Shown: positions 1 to 9,794 of the stretch, piece after piece
Layout: the number at the start of each line of letters is the position of its first letter
How positions within the stretch are numbered: the first letter of the stretch is position 1
Assembly (NCBI GenBank): GCA_964642925.1
Contig: CAZXPJ010000007.1
Span: 10,664 to 74,663 of the forward strand
Direction: 5' to 3'
Length of the DNA: 64,000 nt
DNA from: an uncultured Eubacteriales bacterium
Lineage (GTDB): Bacteria > Bacillota > Peptococcia > Peptococcales > SKKY01
Position numbers and translations under genes: made by a program
The notes under the pieces: model-generated
The model's database searches: none
What the model was told of the DNA's origin: nothing
What the model saw: the letters and a program-made list of their open reading frames with translations, nothing else

Positions 1-788
1 CTTACAACGGTAGAAACATAATAAATACTTTTCATTCTGCCTTCAATTTTCAAACTATCTACACCAGCTTCAATAATTTTATCAATACCATTAAACAAAG
101 ACATGTCTTGAGAATTGAAAATATAAGTTCCTCTATCATCCTGAACTATTGGGTAATACTCTCCTGGTCTTTTTTCTTCTACAAGATTGTAGTTCCAACG
201 ACAAGATTGAGCACATTCACCTTTATTAGAATCTCTTCCAGCCATATAATTACTTAATAAACATCTTCCTGAATAGGAAATACACATAGCACCATGAACA
301 AAAGTTTCAATTTCCATTTGTGTTTTTTCTTTTATCTCTTTTATTTCTTTAATATTTAATTCTCTTGCTAATACAACTCTTTTCACACCTTGATTCTTCC
401 AAAAAAGAGCACTTTGATAATTTGTACAATTTGCTTGAGTGCTCAAGTGGACTTCAAAATCTGGATATTTATCCTGAATAACAGAAATGATACCAGGGTC
501 AGCAACTATTAAGGCATCAACACCTATTTCTTGGAGTTGACCTAAATATGTGCTTAAACCTTCAAAATCTGAATTTTTAGGGAAGATGTTCATAGTAAGA
601 TAAACTTTCTTATTCCTTTTATGAGCATATCTTACTCCAGCATCTATTTCATTTATTGTAAAATTCCCAGCAAAGGCTCTAAGCCCAAAAGACTTACCAC
701 CTATATATACAGCATCTGCTCCATAGTTAAGTGCATATTTTAATTTATCTATATTTCCTGCCGGAGCTAATAATTCAACTTTTTTCAT
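1..788 (-). CDS. trhP: U32 family peptidase-like protein (tRNA U34 hydroxylation, TrhP/YrrO-like); 3' end runs off the window
   Basis: Not in the ORF track. Translated by hand from ATG at 788: MKKVELLAPAGNIDKLKYALNYGADAVYIGG...VHGAMCISYSGRCLLSNYMAGRDSNKGECAQSCRW...SLKIEGRMK, with the U32 Fe-S cysteine motifs. Lies directly after the trmR-like gene. Confidence 0.88.
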   Translation of the reverse strand, partial: MKKVELLAPAGNIDKLKYALNYGADAVYIGGKSFGLRAFAGNFTINEIDAGVRYAHKRNKKVYLTMNIFPKNSDFEGLSTYLGQLQEIGVDALIVADPGIISVIQDKYPDFEVHLSTQANCTNYQSALFWKNQGVKRVVLARELNIKEIKEIKEKTQMEIETFVHGAMCISYSGRCLLSNYMAGRDSNKGECAQSCRWNYNLVEEKRPGEYYPIVQDDRGTYIFNSQDMSLFNGIDKIIEAGVDSLKIEGRMKSIYYVSTVV

Positions 789-796
789 TGTTTTAT

Positions 797-1441
797 TCAC
801 CTTTTTCTAATTAAAGCAACTCCATCTCCAAGAGGAATTAATGTTAATTCATATTTTTTGTTGTTTTTAAACTCTTCAAGAAATTTTCTCATGTTCATAA
901 CCATAGTTTTTTTTCTTCTCTCAGGATATTGAAGATTTATAACCCACCCATTTATCAAAACATTATCTGCTATAATTATTCCATCATCTTTTAAAAGAGT
1001 ATCACATTTTTGTAAAAATTTTCCATATTGCCCTTTAGCAGCGTCAAGAAAAATCATATCAAAGGGTTCGTTAAAATCATTTATAATTTTTCGACCATCT
1101 CCAAGAATTAGGTCTACTTTATTTTTTTGTCCACTTTTTTCAATAAAATAGGCTGCTTTTTCCATTCTTTTTGGTAATAATTCAATCGTTATTATTTTCC
1201 CTTCATTACTAATAGATTTAGCAATATTTATAGTAGAGTAACCTAAACCTGTTCCTATTTCTAAAATCCTTAATGGTTTTTTTATTTTTGTAATTATTTT
1301 CAAAAAATTCCCTACTTCTTCTTCCACAATAGAAACATGATTTTCATCAGCATACTTTTGAATTTCTAATTCTAAATCATCTTTTTCTGGAAGAATGTTC
1401 TTCAAAAAATTTTGTAATTCTGTATCTAAAAGATCCTTCAC
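797..1441 (-). CDS. trmR: SAM-dependent O-methyltransferase (tRNA 5-hydroxyuridine methyltransferase TrmR/YrrM-like)
   Basis: LEIGTGLGYS SAM motif, FDMIFLDAAKGQY, IIIADNVL; conserved mltG-yrrM-U32 order. Confidence 0.82.
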   Translation of the reverse strand: MKDLLDTELQNFLKNILPEKDDLELEIQKYADENHVSIVEEEVGNFLKIITKIKKPLRILEIGTGLGYSTINIAKSISNEGKIITIELLPKRMEKAAYFIEKSGQKNKVDLILGDGRKIINDFNEPFDMIFLDAAKGQYGKFLQKCDTLLKDDGIIIADNVLINGWVINLQYPERRKKTMVMNMRKFLEEFKNNKKYELTLIPLGDGVALIRKR

Positions 1442-2457
1442 TGTCTATAACCCCAATTTCTCATTTGTTTTTCATGTTCGCTATAAGTTTTATTGAAAAC
1501 GTGTTCTCCTGTACCATCATTTTTAGCAAAGAAAAATAAGTAATCAGTATTTTCTGGTTGGTAAACAGCTCTTAAAGCACTTTCTCCTGTAGCGCAAATA
1601 GGAGTCGGGGTTAATCCTGTTCTCCTATAAGTATTATAGGGAGAATCTATTTCTAAATCACTATATAAGACAATCTTTTTTCTTTCTCCCAAAGCATATT
1701 GAATAGTCGCGTCACATTCTAGACGCATACCTTTATCTAATCTATTAAGGAACACGGAGGCTATTATAGGCCTTTCCTTTGATGCCATAGCTTCGGCTTC
1801 TACTATAGATGCAAGGATCAATGCTTCTCGTTCAGATAGACCAGAATTGTTTTCAGGAAGTCTATCATAAACAACTCTATATTGATTAAGCATTATTTCA
1901 AATACCCTTTTTGGATTTTCTGTTTGGGAAATATAATATGTTTCAGGAAAAAGATAACCTTCTAAACGATGTTTATCTTTTTTTAATTCAGCAAGAAATT
2001 CATATTCTGGAAAATCTTCTTCAATAGCTAGATTCCAAAATGTTTCTTCAGACATAATATTTTTATTCACCAATAGCTCACAAATTTGCCAAATAGTATA
2101 TCCTTCTGGGATAGTGAACCTTTTTTGAATAGATACCCCTTTTATTATAATATCTGTGATTTCTTGAACAGACATTTTATCCGTAAGTAAATAATTACCT
2201 GCTTTTAGTTCAGATCCAAATTTATTAATTTTAATATAAGCTAAAAAAGATTTTTCATCTTTTATAAGTTTGTTCTCTTTTAGATTTTTTGCAATACTTG
2301 CAGGAACTGAACCAGGCTCAACTAGAAATTCCACTTTTTTTACTTCTTCTTCTGAATTAACAGGAGATAATTTATTTTGGTAATAAAAATATCCTCCAAC
2401 AGCTACTAGGACAAATGTTAAAAAAAGTACTATTAAAATCTTAAGTGATTTATTCAT
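1438..2457 (-). CDS. mltG: Endolytic transglycosylase MltG
   Basis: N-terminal TM helix; LEGYLFPETY, LASIVEAEA, RLECDAT, SPYNTY motifs. Confidence 0.95.
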   Translation of the reverse strand: MNKSLKILIVLFLTFVLVAVGGYFYYQNKLSPVNSEEEVKKVEFLVEPGSVPASIAKNLKENKLIKDEKSFLAYIKINKFGSELKAGNYLLTDKMSVQEITDIIIKGVSIQKRFTIPEGYTIWQICELLVNKNIMSEETFWNLAIEEDFPEYEFLAELKKDKHRLEGYLFPETYYISQTENPKRVFEIMLNQYRVVYDRLPENNSGLSEREALILASIVEAEAMASKERPIIASVFLNRLDKGMRLECDATIQYALGERKKIVLYSDLEIDSPYNTYRRTGLTPTPICATGESALRAVYQPENTDYLFFFAKNDGTGEHVFNKTYSEHEKQMRNWGYRQ

Positions 2458-2477
2458 CTTTTCTCCTCTGCACAGTA

Positions 2478-2501
2478 AAATAAAACCACCCCTTGGGGTG
2501 G
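2478..2501 (-). terminator. Intrinsic terminator after DUF1292 gene
   Basis: CCACCCC-TT-GGGGTGG inverted repeat at 2486-2501 followed on the minus strand by TTTTATTTT. Confidence 0.7.
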
Positions 2502-2510
2502 CATTATTTA

Positions 2511-2780
2511 TTACTCTTCTTCGTTATCTTCTGAGCTTTCATCCCATAAATCTGCTATTTTTTCCCACTCTTCATCATCTTCTATTTCAACTAGGAACTC
2601 TTCTTCCCCATCTTTTTCTACCTTGAAGATAATTATTTCATCAATATCTTCTCCATTTACAGGAGAAAGTACAACATATTCATTACCATCTGATTCAAGG
2701 CTGCCAATAAAACCAAATTCTACTTCATTACCATCTTCATCAATCAGAACTAAATTTTCATTTTCAGGATTATTTGTCAA
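2511..2780 (-). CDS. DUF1292 (YrzB-like) acidic protein
   Basis: LIDEDGNEVEF...EYVVLSP...LVEIEDDEEWEKI; usual position after ruvX. Confidence 0.85.
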   Translation of the reverse strand: MTNNPENENLVLIDEDGNEVEFGFIGSLESDGNEYVVLSPVNGEDIDEIIIFKVEKDGEEEFLVEIEDDEEWEKIADLWDESSEDNEEE

Positions 2781-2848
2781 AATTATCCACTCCTTTCAAG
2801 GGAAAGCGTAACAAATATATATTTAAAAAGCAAGAATTATTAAATTCA

Positions 2849-3259
2849 TTAATAATGTCTTTTTAGATAATTTTGTAATATTAAATTAGCAGCAACTTTA
2901 TCAATAACTTTTTTTCTATTTTTTCTAGAAACATCTCCGGATATGAGCATTCTCTCCGCCTCTACTGTAGTTAATCTTTCATCAGAGAAGTCTACTTTCA
3001 CATCCGTATATTTTTGTAGCTCTTTTATAAATTCTTTTACTTTTTCTGCTTGTGGCCCTTCTGTTCCATTCATATTTTTAGGCAAACCAACTACAAGTAA
3101 TTCTACATCATTATTTTTGATTAAATCAGTAAAATATTTATAGTCTTCTTTATCATTTTTGCGAAAATAAGTTTCTAGCCCTTGAGAAGTAATTTTCAAA
3201 GGGTCACTCATAGCCACACCTATCTTTTTGTCACCTACATCAAGAGCCATAATTCTCAA
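2849..3259 (-). CDS. ruvX: YqgF/RuvX family nuclease (pre-16S rRNA processing)
   Basis: MRIMALDVGDKKIGVAMSD, VVGLPKNMNG, DERLTT, IDKVAA. Confidence 0.95.
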   Translation of the reverse strand: MRIMALDVGDKKIGVAMSDPLKITSQGLETYFRKNDKEDYKYFTDLIKNNDVELLVVGLPKNMNGTEGPQAEKVKEFIKELQKYTDVKVDFSDERLTTVEAERMLISGDVSRKNRKKVIDKVAANLILQNYLKRHY

Positions 3260-3271
3260 TATAATCCCTCA

Positions 3272-3526
3272 CTATTTTTTTAAATATTTTGTTAATATTT
3301 CTTCCACTAATTCATTTCTATCAATTCTTTTAATTTGATTTCTAGCATCATTATAACTTGTAATATAAGCAGGATCGCCAGAAATAATGTAGCCTACAAG
3401 TTGATTAACTGGATTATATCCTTTTTCTGTTAGAGATTCATACACATTATCCAAAACTTCTTTAATATAGTTGTCTTTTTCTGCATTAATCTTAAAATGA
3501 ACCGTTTCATCAAATTTTCGACTCAT
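3272..3526 (-). CDS. ireB: IreB/ReoM family regulatory phosphoprotein (UPF0297)
   Basis: EKGYNPVNQLVGYIISGDPAYITSYNDAR; N-terminal DETVHF carrying the conserved Thr. Confidence 0.93.
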   Translation of the reverse strand: MSRKFDETVHFKINAEKDNYIKEVLDNVYESLTEKGYNPVNQLVGYIISGDPAYITSYNDARNQIKRIDRNELVEEILTKYLKK

Positions 3527-3549
3527 TACCTATGCCTCCCTAATTTTTA

Positions 3550-6198
3550 TTAACTAAGTTGTTCACGAATAACTTCTTCAGCTTTTTCTAAAGCTTCTTT
3601 TATTTTAGCAGGATCTTTACCCCCTGCTTGTGCTAGATCAGGACGACCACCACCACCGCCGCCACAAACTTGTGCTGTTTCTTTAATTATATTTCCTGCG
3701 TGAACTTTTCCTGCTAAATCTTTAGTTGCAGCTGCAATAAGGTTTACTTTTCCTTCTACAGCTGAAGCTAATACAATTACAGCAGAACCTAACTTATCCC
3801 TAAATTGATCTGCCATTTCTCTTAATTGTTCCATGGATTGATTATCCACTTCTGCTGTTAACACCTTTACGCCAGAGATTGAAACTGCTTGAGCATTTTC
3901 AATAAGTTGTTCTACAGCGTTTTTAGATTGTATATTTTTATATTTTTCAATTTCATTTTCTAATTCTTTGTTTTTTTGGATAATCTGTTCTACTCTACTA
4001 ATTAAATCAATTTTATTAGTTTTTAGTTCATAAATAACTTTATTTAATAATTTTTCATCTTCTTTTTGATAATTATATGCTTCCATTCCTGTTACTGCTT
4101 CTATTCTTCTTACTCCTGCAGCTACAGCACCTTCAGACAAGATTTTAAATAATCCTATTTCGCTTGTATTTTTAATATGTGTTCCACCACATAATTCGAA
4201 ACTGAATTCACCAATCTTTATACAACGAACGATCTCTCCATATTTCTCACCAAATAAAGCAGTTACTCCCATTTCTTTAGCTTTATCTAACTCTGTTTCA
4301 AAAGCATCCACAGGAATTGATTTATATACTGTTTCATTAACTTTTCTTTCTATGTCTAATAATTCTTCAGCTGTTACTTGAGAAAAATGAGAAAAATCAA
4401 AACGAAGTCTATCAGAATTCACATATGAACCAGCTTGATTTACATGGTCTCCTAGAACGTCTTTAAGGACTTTATGCAATACATGAGTAGCAGTATGATT
4501 TTTTTCTGTACTTTTCCTGAAATATTCAGCTATTTTAGCATTTCCAGGCTCACCAACTGTAATTTGTCCTCTAACTTTTCCTATATGAACATATTTCCCA
4601 TCGGGTGTTTTTTTTGTATCAGAAATTTCAATTTCTCCATGACTAAAAGTTATTAGTCCTTTGTCTCCAATTTGCCCCCCACCTTCACCATAAAAAGGAG
4701 TTTGGTCAAGAATTAAAAAGGCTTCTTCACCTTCGTAAATAACATCTTTCTTTTCTCCTTCAACTAAAGCGCCAAGAAGTACAACTTTTGTATTTAAGCT
4801 ATCATAACCAACGAATTTTGTTTTAGGTAATTCTTGGAAATTGTTTGCTACAGTATGAGCTAGATCCCAGGCACGATTATCTTTTTGTGCATCTCTTGCC
4901 CTTTGTCTTTGTAGCTCCATTTGTTCATTAAATCCATCTAAGTCTACTGAAAATCCATTTTCTTCAGCAATATCACTTGTTAGATCAATAGGAAAGCCAT
5001 AAGTATCATAAAAAGTAAAACTTTCTTCACCTGATATCACGGTTCTATTTTCTTTTTTCATTTTTTCTATAACTTCGTTTACAATTTTCATTCCATCTTC
5101 AAGTGTAAGTTGGAACCTTTCTTCTTCGATCTTGATAACCTTTTGAACATAGGACAATTTTTCACCTATTTCAGGGAAATCTTCTCCCATTAATTTATTA
5201 ATCAATATAGGAAATTGGTATAAAAAAGATCCTTCTATTCCTAGTACTTTACCTAATCTGGCAGCTCTTCTTAAAATTCTTCTTAAAACATATCCTCTGC
5301 CCTCATTACTGGGAAGTACCCCATCAGCTATTAAGAATGTGCAAGCACGAGAATGATCTGCTATTACTCTAAAAGGAAATCCTTTCGGTCCTTTATCATA
5401 TTTTTCTCCAGAAATTTTTTCTACCATAGAAATTATTGGTATTATATTGTCTATTTCATAGTTACTATCAGTGTTTTGAACTACAGAAGTAATTCTTTCT
5501 AGCCCCATACCTGTATCAATACTTGGACGAGGAAGAGGGGTTAAAACTCCATTTTCATCTCTATTATATTGCATGAAAACTAAATTCCATATTTCAAGCC
5601 ATCTATCACAATCACAAACACCTAAGGCACAAATTGGAGCATCGCAACTTTTATCTTCTCCACGATCTATATGGATTTCACTACAAGGACCACAAGGTCC
5701 TGTATCTCCCATTGACCAAAAGTTATCTTTTTCTCCTAATTTTAAGATTCTTTCTGCTGGAACTGGAGTTAACTCTTTCCATAATTCACCTGCTTCATCA
5801 TCATCTTCAAAAATAGTTATATATAATTTATCCTGAGGAAGATCAAGTTCTTTTGTTAGAAATTCCCAAGCAAAACTTATCGCATCTTTTTTAAAATAAT
5901 CGCCAAAGGAGAAATTTCCCAACATCTCAAAAAAAGTATGGTGTCTGGCTGTTCTTCCTACCGTATCAAGGTCATTGTGTTTACCACCTGCTCTTACACA
6001 TTTTTGGGAAGTTACAGCTCTTGAATATTCTCTTTTCTCAAGGCCTAAAAAAACATCTTTAAATTGGTTCATACCTGCATTATTAAAAAGCAGGGTAGGA
6101 TCATTATAAGGAATTAATGAAGAACTCCTTACTTCCTCATGACCATGTTCTTTAAAGTATTCTATAAATTTTCTTCTTATTTCTTTTGCCGTAAGCAT
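3550..6198 (-). CDS. alaS: Alanine--tRNA ligase
   Basis: DPTLLFNNAGMNQFK, RHHTFFEMLGNFSFGDYFK, editing motifs HTATH and ELCGGTH, C-Ala GGGGGGRP. Confidence 0.99.
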   Translation of the reverse strand: MLTAKEIRRKFIEYFKEHGHEEVRSSSLIPYNDPTLLFNNAGMNQFKDVFLGLEKREYSRAVTSQKCVRAGGKHNDLDTVGRTARHHTFFEMLGNFSFGDYFKKDAISFAWEFLTKELDLPQDKLYITIFEDDDEAGELWKELTPVPAERILKLGEKDNFWSMGDTGPCGPCSEIHIDRGEDKSCDAPICALGVCDCDRWLEIWNLVFMQYNRDENGVLTPLPRPSIDTGMGLERITSVVQNTDSNYEIDNIIPIISMVEKISGEKYDKGPKGFPFRVIADHSRACTFLIADGVLPSNEGRGYVLRRILRRAARLGKVLGIEGSFLYQFPILINKLMGEDFPEIGEKLSYVQKVIKIEEERFQLTLEDGMKIVNEVIEKMKKENRTVISGEESFTFYDTYGFPIDLTSDIAEENGFSVDLDGFNEQMELQRQRARDAQKDNRAWDLAHTVANNFQELPKTKFVGYDSLNTKVVLLGALVEGEKKDVIYEGEEAFLILDQTPFYGEGGGQIGDKGLITFSHGEIEISDTKKTPDGKYVHIGKVRGQITVGEPGNAKIAEYFRKSTEKNHTATHVLHKVLKDVLGDHVNQAGSYVNSDRLRFDFSHFSQVTAEELLDIERKVNETVYKSIPVDAFETELDKAKEMGVTALFGEKYGEIVRCIKIGEFSFELCGGTHIKNTSEIGLFKILSEGAVAAGVRRIEAVTGMEAYNYQKEDEKLLNKVIYELKTNKIDLISRVEQIIQKNKELENEIEKYKNIQSKNAVEQLIENAQAVSISGVKVLTAEVDNQSMEQLREMADQFRDKLGSAVIVLASAVEGKVNLIAAATKDLAGKVHAGNIIKETAQVCGGGGGGRPDLAQAGGKDPAKIKEALEKAEEVIREQLS

Positions 6199-6230
6199 AT
6201 TTCTCCTCCTCTGATTCTTGTAACTATATA

Positions 6231-6239
6231 ATTATATCA
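6231..6239 (-). promoter_or_regulatory. Extended -10 sigma-A promoter element for alaS
   Basis: Minus strand TG-A-TATAAT about 32 nt upstream of the ATG; no clear -35. Confidence 0.55.
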
Positions 6240-6254
6240 TAAAATATCATTTAT

Positions 6255-7307
6255 TTATCTGCTAGATTGAATAACTCCTCCACCTATTAGACGGTCTTTT
6301 TTATAAATAACTACAGATTGTCCTGGAGTTATTGCCCTTTGAGCTTCTGTAAAATGAACTTCAATTTTATTGTCTCTTAAGTTTTTCACTTTACCTTTTG
6401 AAGTTTTTACAGAATATCTTATTTTAATATCATATTCTAGATCTTCTTCAAAGGGATTGCCATCTAATTTATTGATTTCTCCCGCAATTAACCTGTCTGA
6501 GAATAAATCTTCATTTTTACCAATTTGTAAAATGTTTTTATTTTGATCCCAACCCACTACGTAAGCAGGGTATTCCAAACTTATACCTAATCCTTTTCTT
6601 TGTCCTATTGTGTAAAAAGGTAAACCCAGGTGTTCACCAATTATATTACCATCCATGTCAATAACAGGTCCTTTATTAAAAGTCCTTTCACCAAAGGCTT
6701 TTCTTAAATATTTTTTATAATCATTATCAGCTATAAAACATATTTCCTGACTTTCTTTTTTTTGAGCTACATTAAGTCCTATTTCATTAGCTATTTTTTT
6801 AACATCCTCTTTTTTATAATTTCCAAGGGGGAAAATAACTTTACTTAATATATCTTGATTTAAATAATAAAGAAAATAAGTTTGATCTTTTTTTTCATCT
6901 TCTGCTTTTCCCAAATAATATAGTGAAGATTCCTCATCCTGTAAAATTTTAACGTAATGACCTGTGGAAATATAATCAAAATCTAAATCTTTTATTAGTT
7001 CAAAAAACAATTTGAACTTAATTTCTCTATTGCAAACTATACATGGATTAGGAGTAATGCTATTTAAATATGAGTCCTTAAAATAACTTATAACTTTTTC
7101 TTTAAACTGATCCCTTATATCAAAATGTCTAAATTCAATTCCTAATTGTTCTGAAACTCTTTGAGCATCAATAAGACTTTGGTCTACATTTTCTTTATCC
7201 GTCATTTGAAGATAAATTCCTGTTACTTTATACCCTTGTTTTTTTAATAAATAAGCAGCTACAGAGCTATCAACTCCACCACTCATGCCTAAAGCTACAT
7301 TTTTCAT
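6255..7307 (-). CDS. mnmA: tRNA-specific 2-thiouridylase MnmA
   Basis: SGGVDSSV PP-loop, TPNPCIVCN, STGHY, KDQTYFL, ESQEICF, TPGQS. Confidence 0.98.
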   Translation of the reverse strand: MKNVALGMSGGVDSSVAAYLLKKQGYKVTGIYLQMTDKENVDQSLIDAQRVSEQLGIEFRHFDIRDQFKEKVISYFKDSYLNSITPNPCIVCNREIKFKLFFELIKDLDFDYISTGHYVKILQDEESSLYYLGKAEDEKKDQTYFLYYLNQDILSKVIFPLGNYKKEDVKKIANEIGLNVAQKKESQEICFIADNDYKKYLRKAFGERTFNKGPVIDMDGNIIGEHLGLPFYTIGQRKGLGISLEYPAYVVGWDQNKNILQIGKNEDLFSDRLIAGEINKLDGNPFEEDLEYDIKIRYSVKTSKGKVKNLRDNKIEVHFTEAQRAITPGQSVVIYKKDRLIGGGVIQSSR

Positions 7308-7310
7308 GAA

Positions 7311-8579
7311 TTAGTCCTTCCTTTTATAAAACTTTTCACCTAAAAGTGCATCTGGGAGATATTGTTGTTCTACCCAATTATCAGGATAGTTATGGGGATA
7401 TTTATATTCTTTTGTAGCTCCACCACTTCCTGAATAGTGAGAATCTCTTAAATGACCAGGAACAGGATAAATTGCTCCCTTCCTTATTAGATTAAGGGTA
7501 TAATCAATACTTTCATAGGCATCATTATTCTTATTAGCCAATGCACAATATAATACTGCATGAGAGAGAATGATTCTTCCTTCTGGCATTCCTAGTCTCT
7601 CCACTGCTTGATAGGCAGATAAGGCCACCGTTAAAGCATTGCTATCAGCTAGGCCAATATCTTCTGAAGCCAAAATTAATATTCTTCTAGCTATAAATAA
7701 GGGATCCTCCCCAGCTTCCAGCATTAATCCTAGGTAATAAATAGCTGCATCTGGATCTGAGCCCCTCATACTTTTTATAAAAGCTGAGATAACATCATAA
7801 TGCTGGTCGCCAGATTTATCATAACTTATAGCAGGTCTTTGGACAGAATCTTCTGCTTCTTTTAAGGTTATTTTTCGCAGCCCTTTTTCATCTGGAAAAG
7901 TAGAAACTACTGCTATTTCTAGGGCATTTAGACCCTTTCTAGCATCTCCAGAGGCAAAATTAATGATATGATTTAATGCTTCAGTGGAGATGGAGACTTC
8001 ATAATTTCCCAATCCTTTTTCCTTGTCTTTTAAAGCATCACCAAGTATATTCATTATTTCTTTATCATTAAGTTTTTTTATTTCAAAAACATTAGATCTG
8101 GATAATAAGGCACTATTAATAGAAAAATAGGGGTTTTCAGTAGTAGCTCCAATTAAAATTAACAAACCAGTTTCAACAGAAGGTAAAAGTGCGTCTTGTT
8201 GGCTTTTATTAAACCTATGAATTTCATCTATAAATAGTATGGTTTTTTTATTATAATATTTTTTATTTTCTTCTGCTTTTAATATTATTTTTTTTATATC
8301 TTGAATTCCACTTACCACGGCATTTATTTTATTAAAGTCTGCTCCGGTAGAATTTGCAACAGCCATAGCTATTGTTGTTTTACCAGTACCAGATGGACCA
8401 TGAAAAATCATTGAACTTAAACGGTCTGAATCTACCATCCTATTTAGTATTTTTCCTGGCCCTAGAATATGTGTTTGTCCTTTAATATTACTTATTTTAT
8501 CCGGTCTCATTCTATCTGCTAAAGGAGATTCTTTTTTACTAATTTCCTTATTATAATCAAATAAATCCAATATTATCAC
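7311..8579 (-). CDS. rarA: Replication-associated recombination AAA+ ATPase RarA/MgsA
   Basis: PLADRMRP, GPSGTGKTT, FIDEIHRFNKSQQD, GATTENP, SAFIKSMRGSDPDAA. True start probably TTG at 8570 (AGGTGA RBS). Confidence 0.95.
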   Translation of the reverse strand: MIILDLFDYNKEISKKESPLADRMRPDKISNIKGQTHILGPGKILNRMVDSDRLSSMIFHGPSGTGKTTIAMAVANSTGADFNKINAVVSGIQDIKKIILKAEENKKYYNKKTILFIDEIHRFNKSQQDALLPSVETGLLILIGATTENPYFSINSALLSRSNVFEIKKLNDKEIMNILGDALKDKEKGLGNYEVSISTEALNHIINFASGDARKGLNALEIAVVSTFPDEKGLRKITLKEAEDSVQRPAISYDKSGDQHYDVISAFIKSMRGSDPDAAIYYLGLMLEAGEDPLFIARRILILASEDIGLADSNALTVALSAYQAVERLGMPEGRIILSHAVLYCALANKNNDAYESIDYTLNLIRKGAIYPVPGHLRDSHYSGSGGATKEYKYPHNYPDNWVEQQYLPDALLGEKFYKRKD

Positions 8580-8590
8580 CTATTTTTCTT

Positions 8591-9340
8591 CTAAATAACT
8601 ATTCCACCATTAGGGCTTATTATTTGACCTGTAATAAAATCCGCTTCTGAAGAGGATAAGTATAAAGCTAAGTTAGCAATATCTCCTGGTGTTCCTAGTC
8701 TCATAAGTGGAGTGTTGTCTTTAAGAGAGCACTTATCTTCATCGCTGAGACAATTATTCATGTCTGTATCAATAACCCCAGGTGTTATACAATTAACCTG
8801 GACTCCAGAGGGACCTAATTCCTTTGCTAAGGCCTTTGTGAAGCCGATCATACCTGCCTTAGAGGTAGAGTAATGAACCTCACAAGAAGCACCAACCATA
8901 CCCCAAATAGATGAGATATTAAGAATTTTCCCCTTTTTCTGCTTAATCATATAAGGGACTGCTTTTTTACAACAATTAAACATACCTTTTAGATTTACAT
9001 TCATCATTAAATCCCAATCTTCTTCTTTAATCTCAGTAAAAAGTTTAAATTGACTGATTCCTGCGTTATTAATTAAAATATCTATACCAGAAAATTTTTC
9101 TTCAATAAAATTAAAAATTTTTTCTACATCATTATTGTTAGTAATATCACCTTGAACTCCATAGGCTTCGCAACCCATCTCTCTTAATCTACTTTCTAAA
9201 TCTTTAGCTTCATTATAAGATCTGTAAAAATTAAAAACCACATTATATCCTTTTAAAGCAAATATTTCTGCCATTGCCCTTCCTATACCTTTTGCTCCCC
9301 CAGTAATTAATACAGTTTTTCTCAAAACATTCATCTCCAT
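8591..9340 (-). CDS. ymfI: SDR family oxidoreductase, YmfI/EfpI-like (EF-P 5-aminopentanone reductase; FabG paralogue)
   Basis: TGGAKGIG, NNAG, YxxxK (YSTSK); GMVGASCEVHYS segment resembles YmfI more than FabG. Confidence 0.7.
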   Translation of the reverse strand: MEMNVLRKTVLITGGAKGIGRAMAEIFALKGYNVVFNFYRSYNEAKDLESRLREMGCEAYGVQGDITNNNDVEKIFNFIEEKFSGIDILINNAGISQFKLFTEIKEEDWDLMMNVNLKGMFNCCKKAVPYMIKQKKGKILNISSIWGMVGASCEVHYSTSKAGMIGFTKALAKELGPSGVQVNCITPGVIDTDMNNCLSDEDKCSLKDNTPLMRLGTPGDIANLALYLSSSEADFITGQIISPNGGIVI

Positions 9341-9375
9341 CTTTATAGTTATGTATTTTCAATTCTACCATTAAA

Positions 9376-9398
9376 TAAAAAAACCGACCATAGGGTCG
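9376..9398 (-). terminator. Second, weaker intrinsic terminator downstream of trxA
   Basis: CGACC-ATAG-GGTCG stem at 9385-9398 followed on the minus strand by a T7 run. Confidence 0.55.
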
Positions 9399-9423
9399 AA
9401 GAAATATTATCTCTAATTATCAT

Positions 9424-9452
9424 AAAAAAACGAGGAATCTTAGATTCCTCGT
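9424..9452 (-). terminator. Intrinsic terminator after trxA
   Basis: ACGAGGAATCT/AGATTCCTCGT perfect inverted repeat at 9430-9452 followed by a T run on the minus strand. Confidence 0.85.
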
Positions 9453-9464
9453 GAAATATCAAAA

Positions 9465-9782
9465 TTATAATGCTTTTTGTACAAATTTTAATAATTCTTC
9501 TTTTGGGGTAAAGCCCACTGTCCTAGAGAATTCAGCACCATCTTTAAATAATATAAGAGTAGGAATACTCATAACACCGTATTTTTGAGCATATAATTGA
9601 TTATCATCCACATTAAGTTTACCTACTATCACTTTTCCCTCAACATCTTTTGCTAATTCTGCTACTACCGGACCAACCATTTTACATGGCCCACACCAAG
9701 GTGCCCAGAAATCTACTAATACAGGACCCTCTGCTTTTAACACATCTTTTTCAAAACTTGCATCTGTAAATTCTTTTACCAT
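9465..9782 (-). CDS. trxA: Thioredoxin
   Basis: [13 protein letters not shown] active site; MSIPTL cis-Pro. Confidence 0.98.
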   Translation of the reverse strand: MVKEFTDASFEKDVLKAEGPVLVDFWAPWCGPCKMVGPVVAELAKDVEGKVIVGKLNVDDNQLYAQKYGVMSIPTLILFKDGAEFSRTVGFTPKEELLKFVQKAL

Positions 9783-9794
9783 TATATTGCCTCC

